A stretch of 64,000 bases of DNA from NCBI GenBank assembly GCA_029856145.1, contig JAHQWK010000011.1:64001-128000 (forward strand), in the 5' to 3' direction. The position numbers were made by a program, and so were the translations under genes. The notes beneath the pieces are model-generated. The model worked only from the letters and a program-made list of their open reading frames with translations. It made no database searches and had not been told where the DNA came from. The DNA is from Promethearchaeia archaeon (GTDB taxonomy: Archaea > Asgardarchaeota > Lokiarchaeia > Sigyniarchaeales > SOKP01). Below are positions 30,867 to 39,875 of this stretch, piece after piece (position 1 is the stretch's first letter; the number at the start of each line of letters is the position of its first letter).

Positions 30867-31132
30867 GATGGGTATGACTCAAGCTGACATAGGAGAAATG
30901 TTTAAATGATTCAATTCAGTACGATATTATTGTTTGATATTAATTTTGCTGGTCTCTAAATAGGTTAAATATTTGGAGATTAACCTTTTTCTAATTTCAG
31001 CGTCCATAATTAAATATTATATATAATTAATCATATTTAAAAATTATTATATGGCAGTCGATAATTTTTCAATAATTATTACAATGCTTTTAATTTTTAT
31101 AAAAAATTGTAAAGTTTAAGAGGATATTAAAT

Positions 31133-31699
31133 TTGGTGTTTTTTTATTGGTTTATTTGGATTGTTGGGATATTGATTTGCTTACTTGTTTATTTTCTATA
31201 CAAATTCAAAAAAATAGATAAATATTTTTGGTATTTATTTTGGTTTAGTTTTATTTTAGGTCTATGTTGGGAACTTCCATTGTCAATAGCAAATGAGATT
31301 AGTAATTTTCCCCCCGCAAGATTTATAATTCCAACTCCATTACCGGCACCTGTTTCAACTATTTTAATAATATTAACTCATAGTTTATGGGATGGAGGTT
31401 TATTCCTTTTAGGTGTTTGGTTTATACGATTAATATGTAAGAACCCAATTTTTGAGAAATTTAAACTAGGTGAATTCACTATATTGATTATTTATGGGCA
31501 AGTATCTGAATTGATTGTGGAGTTAACAAGTACCTTTAGTAATGCTTGGGAATATATCGTCTATTTGTGGAATCCCCTATTGTTCACTTTTAACGGACAT
31601 AATATTACATTATTGCCTCAATTAATTTGGTTAGCTGCTCCGATTGTTTTTTATTTTATCGCTCTCAAATTTAAATCAAGATATTTAATCTTGGAATAA
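31133..31699 (+). CDS. Hypothetical multi-pass membrane protein
   Basis: About 5 TM segments; LGLCWELP, HSLWDGGLF; GAGG SD before the TTG start. Confidence 0.75.
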   Translation: MVFFYWFIWIVGILICLLVYFLYKFKKIDKYFWYLFWFSFILGLCWELPLSIANEISNFPPARFIIPTPLPAPVSTILIILTHSLWDGGLFLLGVWFIRLICKNPIFEKFKLGEFTILIIYGQVSELIVELTSTFSNAWEYIVYLWNPLLFTFNGHNITLLPQLIWLAAPIVFYFIALKFKSRYLILE

Positions 31700-31770
31700 T
31701 TAGTTTTTGACCAAAATTATTTTAGAACTGAACCTCTTATTTTTTCATGTAAAAAGAGTTTTTTAAATCT

Positions 31771-33021
31771 ATGAATACTAACATGAAAATACACCCTGAA
31801 TTGCTTGCTCCTTGTCAAGATTGGAATTCATTAAAGATTGTAAGTGGACTAGCAGATGCTATATATTTTGGATTACAAAATTATAACATGCGAATAAAAG
31901 CTAGAAATTTTGACCGTAAAGATTTAAATAAAGTTGCTGAGTTTTGTCATAATCAAGACCCCCCAATGAAAGCATATTTAACCACAAATATTTTAATATA
32001 TGATAAGGAATTACAGGATTTAGAAAATCTGATATTAGAAGCAAAAGATTCTGAGATTGATGCTATTATTGCTCACGATCTTGCGGCTATTAGAATAGCA
32101 AAACGGAACAATATTAATTTTCATATATCAACACAGGCTAATGTTTCTAATATTGAAGCAGCTAAATTTTTTGAGGAATTAGGTGCTGAAAGGATCATCT
32201 TAGCTAGAGAATTATCTCTTCAACAGATTAGACTTATTAAACACCTCCTAACAAAGACTAAAATTGAGTGCTTTGTTCATGGTTCTATGTGTACTTCGAT
32301 TTCAGGACGATGTTATTTTTCTGCCACTGTCTGTGATGACGAAGAATATTCAGCAAACCGAGGAAACTGTATTCAACCATGCAGGAGAGAATGGAGAGTT
32401 ATAGATGACCAGAATAATGAATTCATTTATGATGGTCAGATGTTTTTGAATGCTAAGGATCTTTGCATGATTAAATATATCCCCGAATTAATTAATGCTA
32501 AAATAGATGCTTTTAAAATAGAAGGAAGAATGAAAGATCCACTATATGTTAAAACTGTAGTTGAGTGTTATAGAGAAGCAATAAATAGTTATTCTAATGG
32601 GACTTATAATAAAGAAAAGGTAAAAATTTGGCTTGAAAGGCTTTCAAGAGTGTTTAATCGTGGTTTCCATACTGGTTTTTATTTTCATAGACCTACTATA
32701 GAAGATATTGAATTAATGAAAAGGGGTAACCGTTCTCCTTATAAGAAACATTATTTAGGAAAAATCCTCGCATTTGATAAAAATAGTAAGTCTGCTAATG
32801 TTTTGCTTGAGAGCTTAGATATCCCGTTAAAAGTAGGTGATGAGATAATTATTGAGGGAACTACAACCTATATGATTGAAACTATAAAAACTATGATTTT
32901 CAAAGGAGAGAAAATAAAAAAAATTTCAAGAAAGAGATATTCTGACCCAGTTAGGTTCAATTTGCGCCTAAACAAAGAAGTTAAGCTTAACGATAAAATT
33001 TATATCATTTCAAAAACATAA
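31771..33021 (+). CDS. Peptidase U32 family Fe-S protein (TrhP/RlhA-like RNA hydroxylase)
   Basis: ELLAP, ADAIYFG, HISTQANVSN, LAREL, HGSMCTSISGRC, NRGNCIQPCR, DLCMI and KIEGRMK. Confidence 0.92.
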   Translation: MNTNMKIHPELLAPCQDWNSLKIVSGLADAIYFGLQNYNMRIKARNFDRKDLNKVAEFCHNQDPPMKAYLTTNILIYDKELQDLENLILEAKDSEIDAIIAHDLAAIRIAKRNNINFHISTQANVSNIEAAKFFEELGAERIILARELSLQQIRLIKHLLTKTKIECFVHGSMCTSISGRCYFSATVCDDEEYSANRGNCIQPCRREWRVIDDQNNEFIYDGQMFLNAKDLCMIKYIPELINAKIDAFKIEGRMKDPLYVKTVVECYREAINSYSNGTYNKEKVKIWLERLSRVFNRGFHTGFYFHRPTIEDIELMKRGNRSPYKKHYLGKILAFDKNSKSANVLLESLDIPLKVGDEIIIEGTTTYMIETIKTMIFKGEKIKKISRKRYSDPVRFNLRLNKEVKLNDKIYIISKT

Positions 33022-33060
33022 AAAAATGATTTTTTTAAAAGATTACATAAATATCGCATT

Positions 33061-33753
33061 ATGGTCTCAACATTAAAAATGCATTTTGAAGAAAAGAGAA
33101 AGCGACTGGTTGAAAGTCTCAAGGATAGAGGAATATTAACTAAACCAGAGGTAATTAGAGCAATGTTAATTGTTCTCAGACATAAATTTGTTCCGAAAGA
33201 TGCTGAATCAAGTGCATATATGGATTCTCCTCTCTCTATTGGACTAGGACAGACAATTAGCGCCCCGCATATGAATGCTATGATGTGTGAATACCTTGAA
33301 CTAAAAGAGGGGGATAAGATATTAGAAATTGGAACCGGTTCAGGCTACCACGCTGCTTTATGTGCGGAACTGGTTGCTCCAGAAGAATCACAAAATCCCG
33401 GTCATGTATTTACGATAGAACGTCATGAAGGATTAGTTAAAAATGCTAGAGAAAGTATTAAAAAAACCGGTTATGAAGCTAATGTTACAGTAATTCATGG
33501 AGATGGTACATTAGGACATCCTAAAGAAGCCCCTTATGACAAAATATTAGTAACTGCTGCGTCACCCTCAAAGATTCCCCTACCTTTGCGAGATCAATTA
33601 AAAGATGGCGGAATTCTTTGTATTCCTGCGGGATCAAAAAATTTTGGCCAAAATTTATATATTATCAAAAAACATAAAAATGAATTCAAAACAAAAAAAA
33701 TAACAGGTGTCCGTTTTGTCCCTCTTATTGGAAAATTTGGATTTGAATCCTAA
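33061..33753 (+). CDS. pcm: Protein-L-isoaspartate O-methyltransferase
   Basis: GQTISAPHM, LEIGTGSGYHAA, GDGTLG, APYDKILVTAA and RFVPL. Confidence 0.95.
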   Translation: MVSTLKMHFEEKRKRLVESLKDRGILTKPEVIRAMLIVLRHKFVPKDAESSAYMDSPLSIGLGQTISAPHMNAMMCEYLELKEGDKILEIGTGSGYHAALCAELVAPEESQNPGHVFTIERHEGLVKNARESIKKTGYEANVTVIHGDGTLGHPKEAPYDKILVTAASPSKIPLPLRDQLKDGGILCIPAGSKNFGQNLYIIKKHKNEFKTKKITGVRFVPLIGKFGFES

Positions 33754-33817
33754 AATAAAATAGTTGCAAAGAGAGATGCATAAAGAATTATAAAAATTTG
33801 ATACTTTAAGAAAAAGT

Positions 33818-33961
33818 CTATTTCTTAAGCTTTTTTCGAAGCTTTTCTTCCATTAGCTTTTGACGAACATCTTTAACATATTTATTGTTTTCAATCTTAT
33901 TTTTCAGCGTTTCTTTGTTATACGTCCAGCCATTTCGTTTTCCATTTCCGTTAGTTCCCAT
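33818..33961 (-). CDS. Small basic protein (47 aa), below the ORF-track cut-off
   Basis: ATG at 33961 to TAG at 33818: MGTNGNGKRNGWTYNKETLKNKIENNKYVKDVRQKLMEEKLRKKLKK. Confidence 0.6.
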   Translation of the reverse strand: MGTNGNGKRNGWTYNKETLKNKIENNKYVKDVRQKLMEEKLRKKLKK

Positions 33962-34093
33962 AAACGTCAAAACCAATGTGTATTTTTATGTTTTATTATT
34001 TTTATTAGGTCCTTAATATATTTAAAGATATATTATATCGACAAAATTCCTACGAATATCCACAAATTTCTAGACGATACATAAATATAAATA

Positions 34094-36268
34094 TTAGAAA
34101 ATTTTAAGCGTAAGATGAATTTCTAAGTTCTTATCAAGTTTGAAAAAAGGAACAACATTAATTCCTTGATAAATTTCTTTATAGCCCTCTTCTGTATAAG
34201 CGTATGCAATTATAGGAAATTTATTAAATTTGATTAAATCATTATTACTGGAAATATCAATATCTAAATTTAGATCATAAGATTCATCATAAGCTCTAAA
34301 ATGAGAACCTGTATATTGAAATGGCTCCAGAAATTTAATGTCTTTATCATCGTCAAAATCTCCTTGTTTGCTTTCCCATTGAAATTTAGTTGTGTCTCCA
34401 TTAAAGAAAAAAGGGATATCAATAGCCATATTTATATTTTTAACAATACGGTTTAAGATTCCTTCATTTTCAGGGATTTCATTGAAATTTATTCTTAAAG
34501 AGACTTTAATTTCACTATCTTCTACATATATATCTTTTGTAATTCGAACTGGGTTTCGATCATCAGAATCAGGGTCCTTTATGCTTCCTATTTTCTCCAT
34601 CTCGATGATTGCAATCTTTCCTTCTTTTTCAGTACTAGTAACTCTAAAGTTTTCATCAACAAAATTTCCAAACTCATAATATTGATCTGCTTGAAGTTGT
34701 TCAAGTGTTATTTCATCATTTAAAAATCTAAGCCGTAATAAGTTCTTTTTGAACCTATCAACTAAAACTTCTTCTGTAGCGAGTTTTTTACTCTCATGAT
34801 AAGCTTCTGGCCATCTAGTTAAAGTATTTAATAGGTTATAGGATTTAGGTTTGTAGTCTAATTCAAAAATAGTACCACCATCACTAGGATTAATGTATAC
34901 ATTAAATATATCAGATTCAATTAAATATTCTGTTTTACTATCTTTAAGAAAATCAATTGGTGTTATGTAAATATAGGATTTCAGTTTTGGATTAATTAAT
35001 AAGTTTATTTCATCGAGTATTTTCTCAGCATTTATTAAATGTGTATAAACTGAAAACCTTAAAAACTGTAAATAAACTCCCCCGAATAAACCATGCCAAT
35101 AACAATCATTGCATTGAGCTTTATAGATCTCATCCCAGGCTTCAGCTATTTTTTTTAAGATTACAGAAATTAGTTGTTCATTTTGAACGTTTAATAAGTT
35201 TTCTTCAGTGTTAACGAGTTTATTTCTTACATAAAGCATCTTCTTATGCATATTATTAGATTCTGGATATTTTATTAGGAAATATCTCCAAAATCCTCCA
35301 CGGAGGAATTGATATGTCTCCTTCTTTTCTTCATCCTCTCTCAATGACTTTCGGATTGTCTTAAAATTCTTTCGAATTTCGGTAGGTAAAACCCATTCTT
35401 CCATTTTATCATAACTCGCAGTTGGAAGATATACCAAACTTTTAGCCGGAAACTTGGCCATATATTCAGAAAGGGTTAATGATTTAATCCATGTGTTATT
35501 TCTAATTTGTTCTAAAAATGCTGGAATAAAAGGTTTTCCATTATCTCCCTCATGATGCCCTTGACCTTCCACATAGCAAATTTTGTGTGTAGTTCCCCAA
35601 ACACCCATTTTTTCCGCATCAGATATGAGTAAAACGCACCTATCACCTTTTTCGTTGGCAGCATTTTTCAAATAGTCGATTGACATATATGTGGGCTTCC
35701 AAGGGGTTAAGTACCTTAATTCTTCATTGATAGGAAATATTCTTAGAGTTTTTCCTTCATCTTCTGTAATATAGGAATAGAACGTATCTTCTTCAGTAAT
35801 CCCTGTGGATCTAAAATGATTATCATCAAGGATAACATATTTTAATCCTACATCATTCAAAAATGAAGGATAATTTGGTTCCCATACTCTTTCTGATAAC
35901 CAAGCACCTTTCACATCAAGCTCAAATTCTTTTTTTATTAGATCAGATAATTTCTTCATTTGAGCTATTTTATCGCGATACGGGATAATAGCAAATATTC
36001 GTTCATAATAACCCCCTCCAATAATCTCTATTTGTCCTCTTTTTGCCATAATTTTTAATTTCTCTATGAAATTGGGTTTATTTTTTAAAAGCCATTCCAA
36101 TAAATTGCCTGAAAAATGAAGTGTTATTTTAATATCAGCAAATTTGAAAATATTATCAATAAGGGGTTCATATGATTTATTATAGACATCTTCAAATACC
36201 CACGGGAAGTTATCAACTGGTTGATGGAAGTGAAAGACAATTGGGAGGCAAATGGTTTTTTCAGTCAT
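34094..36268 (-). CDS. GH57 alpha-amylase/4-alpha-glucanotransferase
   Basis: HFHQP, LHFSGNLLEWL, WLSERVWEP (nucleophile Glu), DAEKMGVW, YLPTASY, KYPESN and AQCNDCYWHGLFGGVY. Confidence 0.93.
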   Translation of the reverse strand: MTEKTICLPIVFHFHQPVDNFPWVFEDVYNKSYEPLIDNIFKFADIKITLHFSGNLLEWLLKNKPNFIEKLKIMAKRGQIEIIGGGYYERIFAIIPYRDKIAQMKKLSDLIKKEFELDVKGAWLSERVWEPNYPSFLNDVGLKYVILDDNHFRSTGITEEDTFYSYITEDEGKTLRIFPINEELRYLTPWKPTYMSIDYLKNAANEKGDRCVLLISDAEKMGVWGTTHKICYVEGQGHHEGDNGKPFIPAFLEQIRNNTWIKSLTLSEYMAKFPAKSLVYLPTASYDKMEEWVLPTEIRKNFKTIRKSLREDEEKKETYQFLRGGFWRYFLIKYPESNNMHKKMLYVRNKLVNTEENLLNVQNEQLISVILKKIAEAWDEIYKAQCNDCYWHGLFGGVYLQFLRFSVYTHLINAEKILDEINLLINPKLKSYIYITPIDFLKDSKTEYLIESDIFNVYINPSDGGTIFELDYKPKSYNLLNTLTRWPEAYHESKKLATEEVLVDRFKKNLLRLRFLNDEITLEQLQADQYYEFGNFVDENFRVTSTEKEGKIAIIEMEKIGSIKDPDSDDRNPVRITKDIYVEDSEIKVSLRINFNEIPENEGILNRIVKNINMAIDIPFFFNGDTTKFQWESKQGDFDDDKDIKFLEPFQYTGSHFRAYDESYDLNLDIDISSNNDLIKFNKFPIIAYAYTEEGYKEIYQGINVVPFFKLDKNLEIHLTLKIF

Positions 36269-36358
36269 TTCTCTGTATTTACTTTTTTTATTTTAAATAT
36301 ATGTAAAAATTTTTACCTATAAAACATAACTAATTATATTATTGAAAATTGAAAATTA

Positions 36359-38089
36359 TTGATTTTTATGATAAATTATTTTGATAAAAATGTGATTCAA
36401 GGAGTTTATAATTCAAATGAGTTCAAAGGTTGGCTTCTTTCAAGAAGATGGTTCGGAGATAAATCAGCTTTATCAAATTTAGAGTTTGATATTCAAGTAC
36501 AATATTTTGAAATTATCGCAGGAAGAATTTTTCTAACAATTATTGAAGTAAAAACACCTAATTATTCTAAAACTTATTTTCTTCCCTTAATCTATTATGA
36601 AAAAGTCGAAGATTTTTTAAATTCCAGTGAAAAAACACATTCTAATATATTAAAACTCACTGAAAACACATTTAGTAAAAAATTAGCTATTACTCTCGAA
36701 AATAAACAGAAAGTTATTACACTCAATTTTGTGGAAGCGGAGCTTTGCCTTTTTTTCTGGAAGAAAATGTTATTTGATGCTAGGATCTCTGAAAAATTCC
36801 CTTCATTAAATTTAGAATTATCTCTTTATACTAAACAGTTTGAAGATGAAATAAACATGAAAAAAGTACAGAATTTAATTGAAGCAGGGATATACCCAGA
36901 TCGATATGAACTTTCAATTAATCAATTAGGAGGAGGAAATACAACTAATATCTTATTTTCATTAAATATATCTAATAAAAGAGATCCAGACCAAAAACCT
37001 ATCTCTTATGTTTTAAAATCTTATAAAGATTATTCTGTAAGCTTAGAACCATCAATTTTATTTGTTTTAGTAAAAAATAAGTTTCCAAACACTCCGAAAA
37101 TATATGGAACAATTAAAGTACGAGATAAAGAAACTATTGGAATACTTGAAAACGTTCCCAATATTGGAAATTTAGGTGATATATACTGGACTGAACTCAA
37201 TAATATGATTACTACGGTATTTAAAGATGGTGATGAGGACTATTCTAAGTTTAGTGACAAATCAAATACCTCTCAATTAATTAAAGAAAATTGCATTGAA
37301 ACCTTAAAAGTATCTGTAGAAATTGGAAACTATATTAAAAGTTTACATAAATCCTTAATTCTGCCTGAAAAAGAAGAATATAGTTTAGAATCAGTAGATA
37401 GTAAAATTTTTCTTAAAAATTATTCAGATAGATTAAATTCTATGATTTCAGATTTACTAACCAATATGAATGAACAACCAGAAAGTGCTTTCTTCAATTT
37501 ACCGAAAATAAGTTCAATTCTTATAGATATTAAAGATATTATCGAAAGATTTCGTTCCGAATTTAAGCAACTAAAAATTAAAATTCAACCAGTTCATCAA
37601 GATTTACACATGGAACAAATTCTATATAACATAGTAGATGGTCAATATAATTATTATTTTATAGATTTCGAGGGTGACCCACAACTTTCATTGGAAGAAA
37701 AAAAGGGAAAGTTTCCAGTAGAAAAAGACTTAGCTTCATTTTTAAGAGCTTTGAGTTATATCAAGTTTAACACTTTACTTATTTTTATTGAGCAAAAAAT
37801 AATTCGAAAAGATAAGTATGAAGTACCTGAAGAAATTCTATACAATCTTTACTTCAGAAGAGCTGCTAGACCTTTAAAAAAAATTCTTGATAGCGTTCTT
37901 AATGTTCTTAATATATGGGAATTAAAACTAATAGGAAAAATATTGAAAGATTTAGACGTAGACTATGTACTAATTACATATTTCTATATTGAAAGAGCTT
38001 TGTATGAATTAAATTATGAAATTTTATTCAGACCAAATAAAATAATTATTCCTATTTTAGGATTAAAAGAAATAGTTGATAAAAGTTAA
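36359..38089 (+). CDS. Maltokinase (Mak/Pep2)-like kinase
   Basis: WLLSRRWFGDK, HQDLHMEQIL, IDFEGDP, KDLASFLRALSY and ERALYELNYEILFRP. Confidence 0.82.
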   Translation: MIFMINYFDKNVIQGVYNSNEFKGWLLSRRWFGDKSALSNLEFDIQVQYFEIIAGRIFLTIIEVKTPNYSKTYFLPLIYYEKVEDFLNSSEKTHSNILKLTENTFSKKLAITLENKQKVITLNFVEAELCLFFWKKMLFDARISEKFPSLNLELSLYTKQFEDEINMKKVQNLIEAGIYPDRYELSINQLGGGNTTNILFSLNISNKRDPDQKPISYVLKSYKDYSVSLEPSILFVLVKNKFPNTPKIYGTIKVRDKETIGILENVPNIGNLGDIYWTELNNMITTVFKDGDEDYSKFSDKSNTSQLIKENCIETLKVSVEIGNYIKSLHKSLILPEKEEYSLESVDSKIFLKNYSDRLNSMISDLLTNMNEQPESAFFNLPKISSILIDIKDIIERFRSEFKQLKIKIQPVHQDLHMEQILYNIVDGQYNYYFIDFEGDPQLSLEEKKGKFPVEKDLASFLRALSYIKFNTLLIFIEQKIIRKDKYEVPEEILYNLYFRRAARPLKKILDSVLNVLNIWELKLIGKILKDLDVDYVLITYFYIERALYELNYEILFRPNKIIIPILGLKEIVDKS

Positions 38090-38109
38090 ATCATACTTTA
38101 CTATTCTTT

Positions 38110-38721
38110 TTACTCAGATTCTTCTTCAGGTATTTTGGCAAATTCAAAGCAATAATGGGTTGAAGATCGGATTTGTGGATTGATATTCTTGGTATATTGT
38201 GCTCTTAAACTTTTATTATTATCTATTGCTTCTTCTGTAAACCTCGTGTCGTACTCATATTTTAGCTCATAATTAACTAATTTATATACAAATGCTTCAA
38301 TGAATTTTTTTGGTCCAAATTTTTTAGAAAACCAAATATAGTTCTCATCATCAATTAGTTTAGAGAAAAAACCTAAATGTTCGCATAAATCTAATTTATA
38401 CCCGATATTATCAAGGTTACCTTGTATTGTAGCAATATCATTAATAAAACGGGCAGTTTTAACACCTAATTCCATTTGTTCAATCTCATTTAACCCTTCA
38501 ATAAGTTTCCTTAAAAGGCTTTTTTTCATTATTATTAAATCTCTATCATTAACTGATTTAATTGTATTGTTTTGAGTGACAACATATCTTGACATGTCAA
38601 GATATTTGCGAATAAAATCTGCTTTTGAAATACCTAACTTAGAACGTATTTTTTCAATATATTGATTTAATTCTTCTTCGATTCTAACTGTTATAACTGT
38701 TGTAGGTTTTTTTTCTGGCAA
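38110..38721 (-). CDS. Ribbon-helix-helix (CopG-like) regulator with C-terminal V4R-like region
   Basis: VITVRIEEEL...LGISKADFIRKYL; strong SD AAGGAGG (38737-38731) before the TTG start. Confidence 0.75.
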   Translation of the reverse strand: MPEKKPTTVITVRIEEELNQYIEKIRSKLGISKADFIRKYLDMSRYVVTQNNTIKSVNDRDLIIMKKSLLRKLIEGLNEIEQMELGVKTARFINDIATIQGNLDNIGYKLDLCEHLGFFSKLIDDENYIWFSKKFGPKKFIEAFVYKLVNYELKYEYDTRFTEEAIDNNKSLRAQYTKNINPQIRSSTHYCFEFAKIPEEESE

Positions 38722-38740
38722 TAGTTAAATCCTCCTTGAA

Positions 38741-38798
38741 TGTAATATTTGTATTTATTTGATATCATTTGTAATAGAAGTAATTATAGTATATAAAT
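38741..38798. promoter_or_regulatory. GTAAT-like array with 9-10 bp spacing plus minus-strand TATA (candidate RHH operator)
   Basis: GTAAT 38742, GTATT 38751, GATAT 38761, GTAAT 38771, GTAAT 38780, GTATA 38789; TTTATATA on the minus strand. Confidence 0.45.
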
Positions 38799-39386
38799 GA
38801 TTGTTTTTTACATTTTTAGGAAAAAATTATAAAAAAATACACATGCATATAATGTATTTTAAACTAGTAGGATAACTTTTAATATGAAAATCTCTTTAGT
38901 TTTGATTTTTAATGAAGATATAATAAAGATTTTCAATTTAATTTAGAATTAATTCTAGGATTTAATTTTGTATTGAATTCCCCATCATATTATGTGATTT
39001 TTAATATTTTCAAGTTAAAGTTTAACAATAATTTCTCAATAGGGTTATTTCCTTGAAATCTCACAGTTTTAATATGTATATATAATTCATCAAAAATCAT
39101 TCTAGAATAGATAAAAGTTGAAGATTATGTGAAGTGGGAATTTTATGGTACGTTTAATAAGTTTTATGTATTTATTTAATAGAATTTAATAATTTTACTG
39201 CTAGCGTTTTAACTATAATTTATAGCCAAATCTTATAATTAGAGCATAAAATGGCTCTCATTCTAAGATTCATTCATATTTTGATTGTTTAAAGATTATA
39301 GAAAGATGTAATTTTATTAAAAGAATGCTTTATTAAATAAACATTCCTAAAATTAAAAACAAGTTATATATGATTTCAATGTCAAT

Positions 39387-39422
39387 TGTAATTATTGTAA
39401 TAATTAGTAATCGTTGAATACA
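39387..39422. promoter_or_regulatory. Second GTAAT array upstream of the ArsR gene
   Basis: GTAAT at 39388, 39397 and 39407; TGTAATACA at 39481. Confidence 0.4.
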
Positions 39423-39525
39423 AACGAATTATGAATTTTTGCTGTATAAGATATATATACGGTGAATTATATAGTTTTCTTGTAATACAAAAGTAAAAAT
39501 TTTATTAAGGGTTGGATAGACAGTT

Positions 39526-39855
39526 ATGGAAATTACACAAACCGGTATTTTGGAAGTCAATTTGCAAAATAAATCTGAATCTATATCTATAGAATCAGAT
39601 GAACAAATTGAGAAAATTGTTAAAGCTCTGTCCTCGCGAACAAGACGTCAAATACTTCGTCATATTCAAGAAGAGCCAATGGATGTGTCAAATATTGCAG
39701 CTAGTTTAGATATGACAGAAGCCAATATATCTGCCCAAATAAAAAAACTTGAGGAAGCTGGTTTAATTGAGTGCTCTTACTCGTCTGGTAACCATGGGGT
39801 CAGGAAGATTAGTAATTTAAAATTCAATAAACTTGTTATTAAATTTTCATCTTAA
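39526..39855 (+). CDS. ArsR-family HTH regulator
   Basis: KALSSRTRRQIL...VSNIAASLDMTEANISAQIKKLEEAGLI. Confidence 0.9.
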   Translation: MEITQTGILEVNLQNKSESISIESDEQIEKIVKALSSRTRRQILRHIQEEPMDVSNIAASLDMTEANISAQIKKLEEAGLIECSYSSGNHGVRKISNLKFNKLVIKFSS

Positions 39856-39875
39856 AGATTTTTTAAAAAGAATTT

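Noticed and set aside
33860-34084. 74-aa plus-strand ORF
   Set aside because: Phe/Ile-rich AT-noise composition; overlaps the more plausible minus-strand 47-aa ORF
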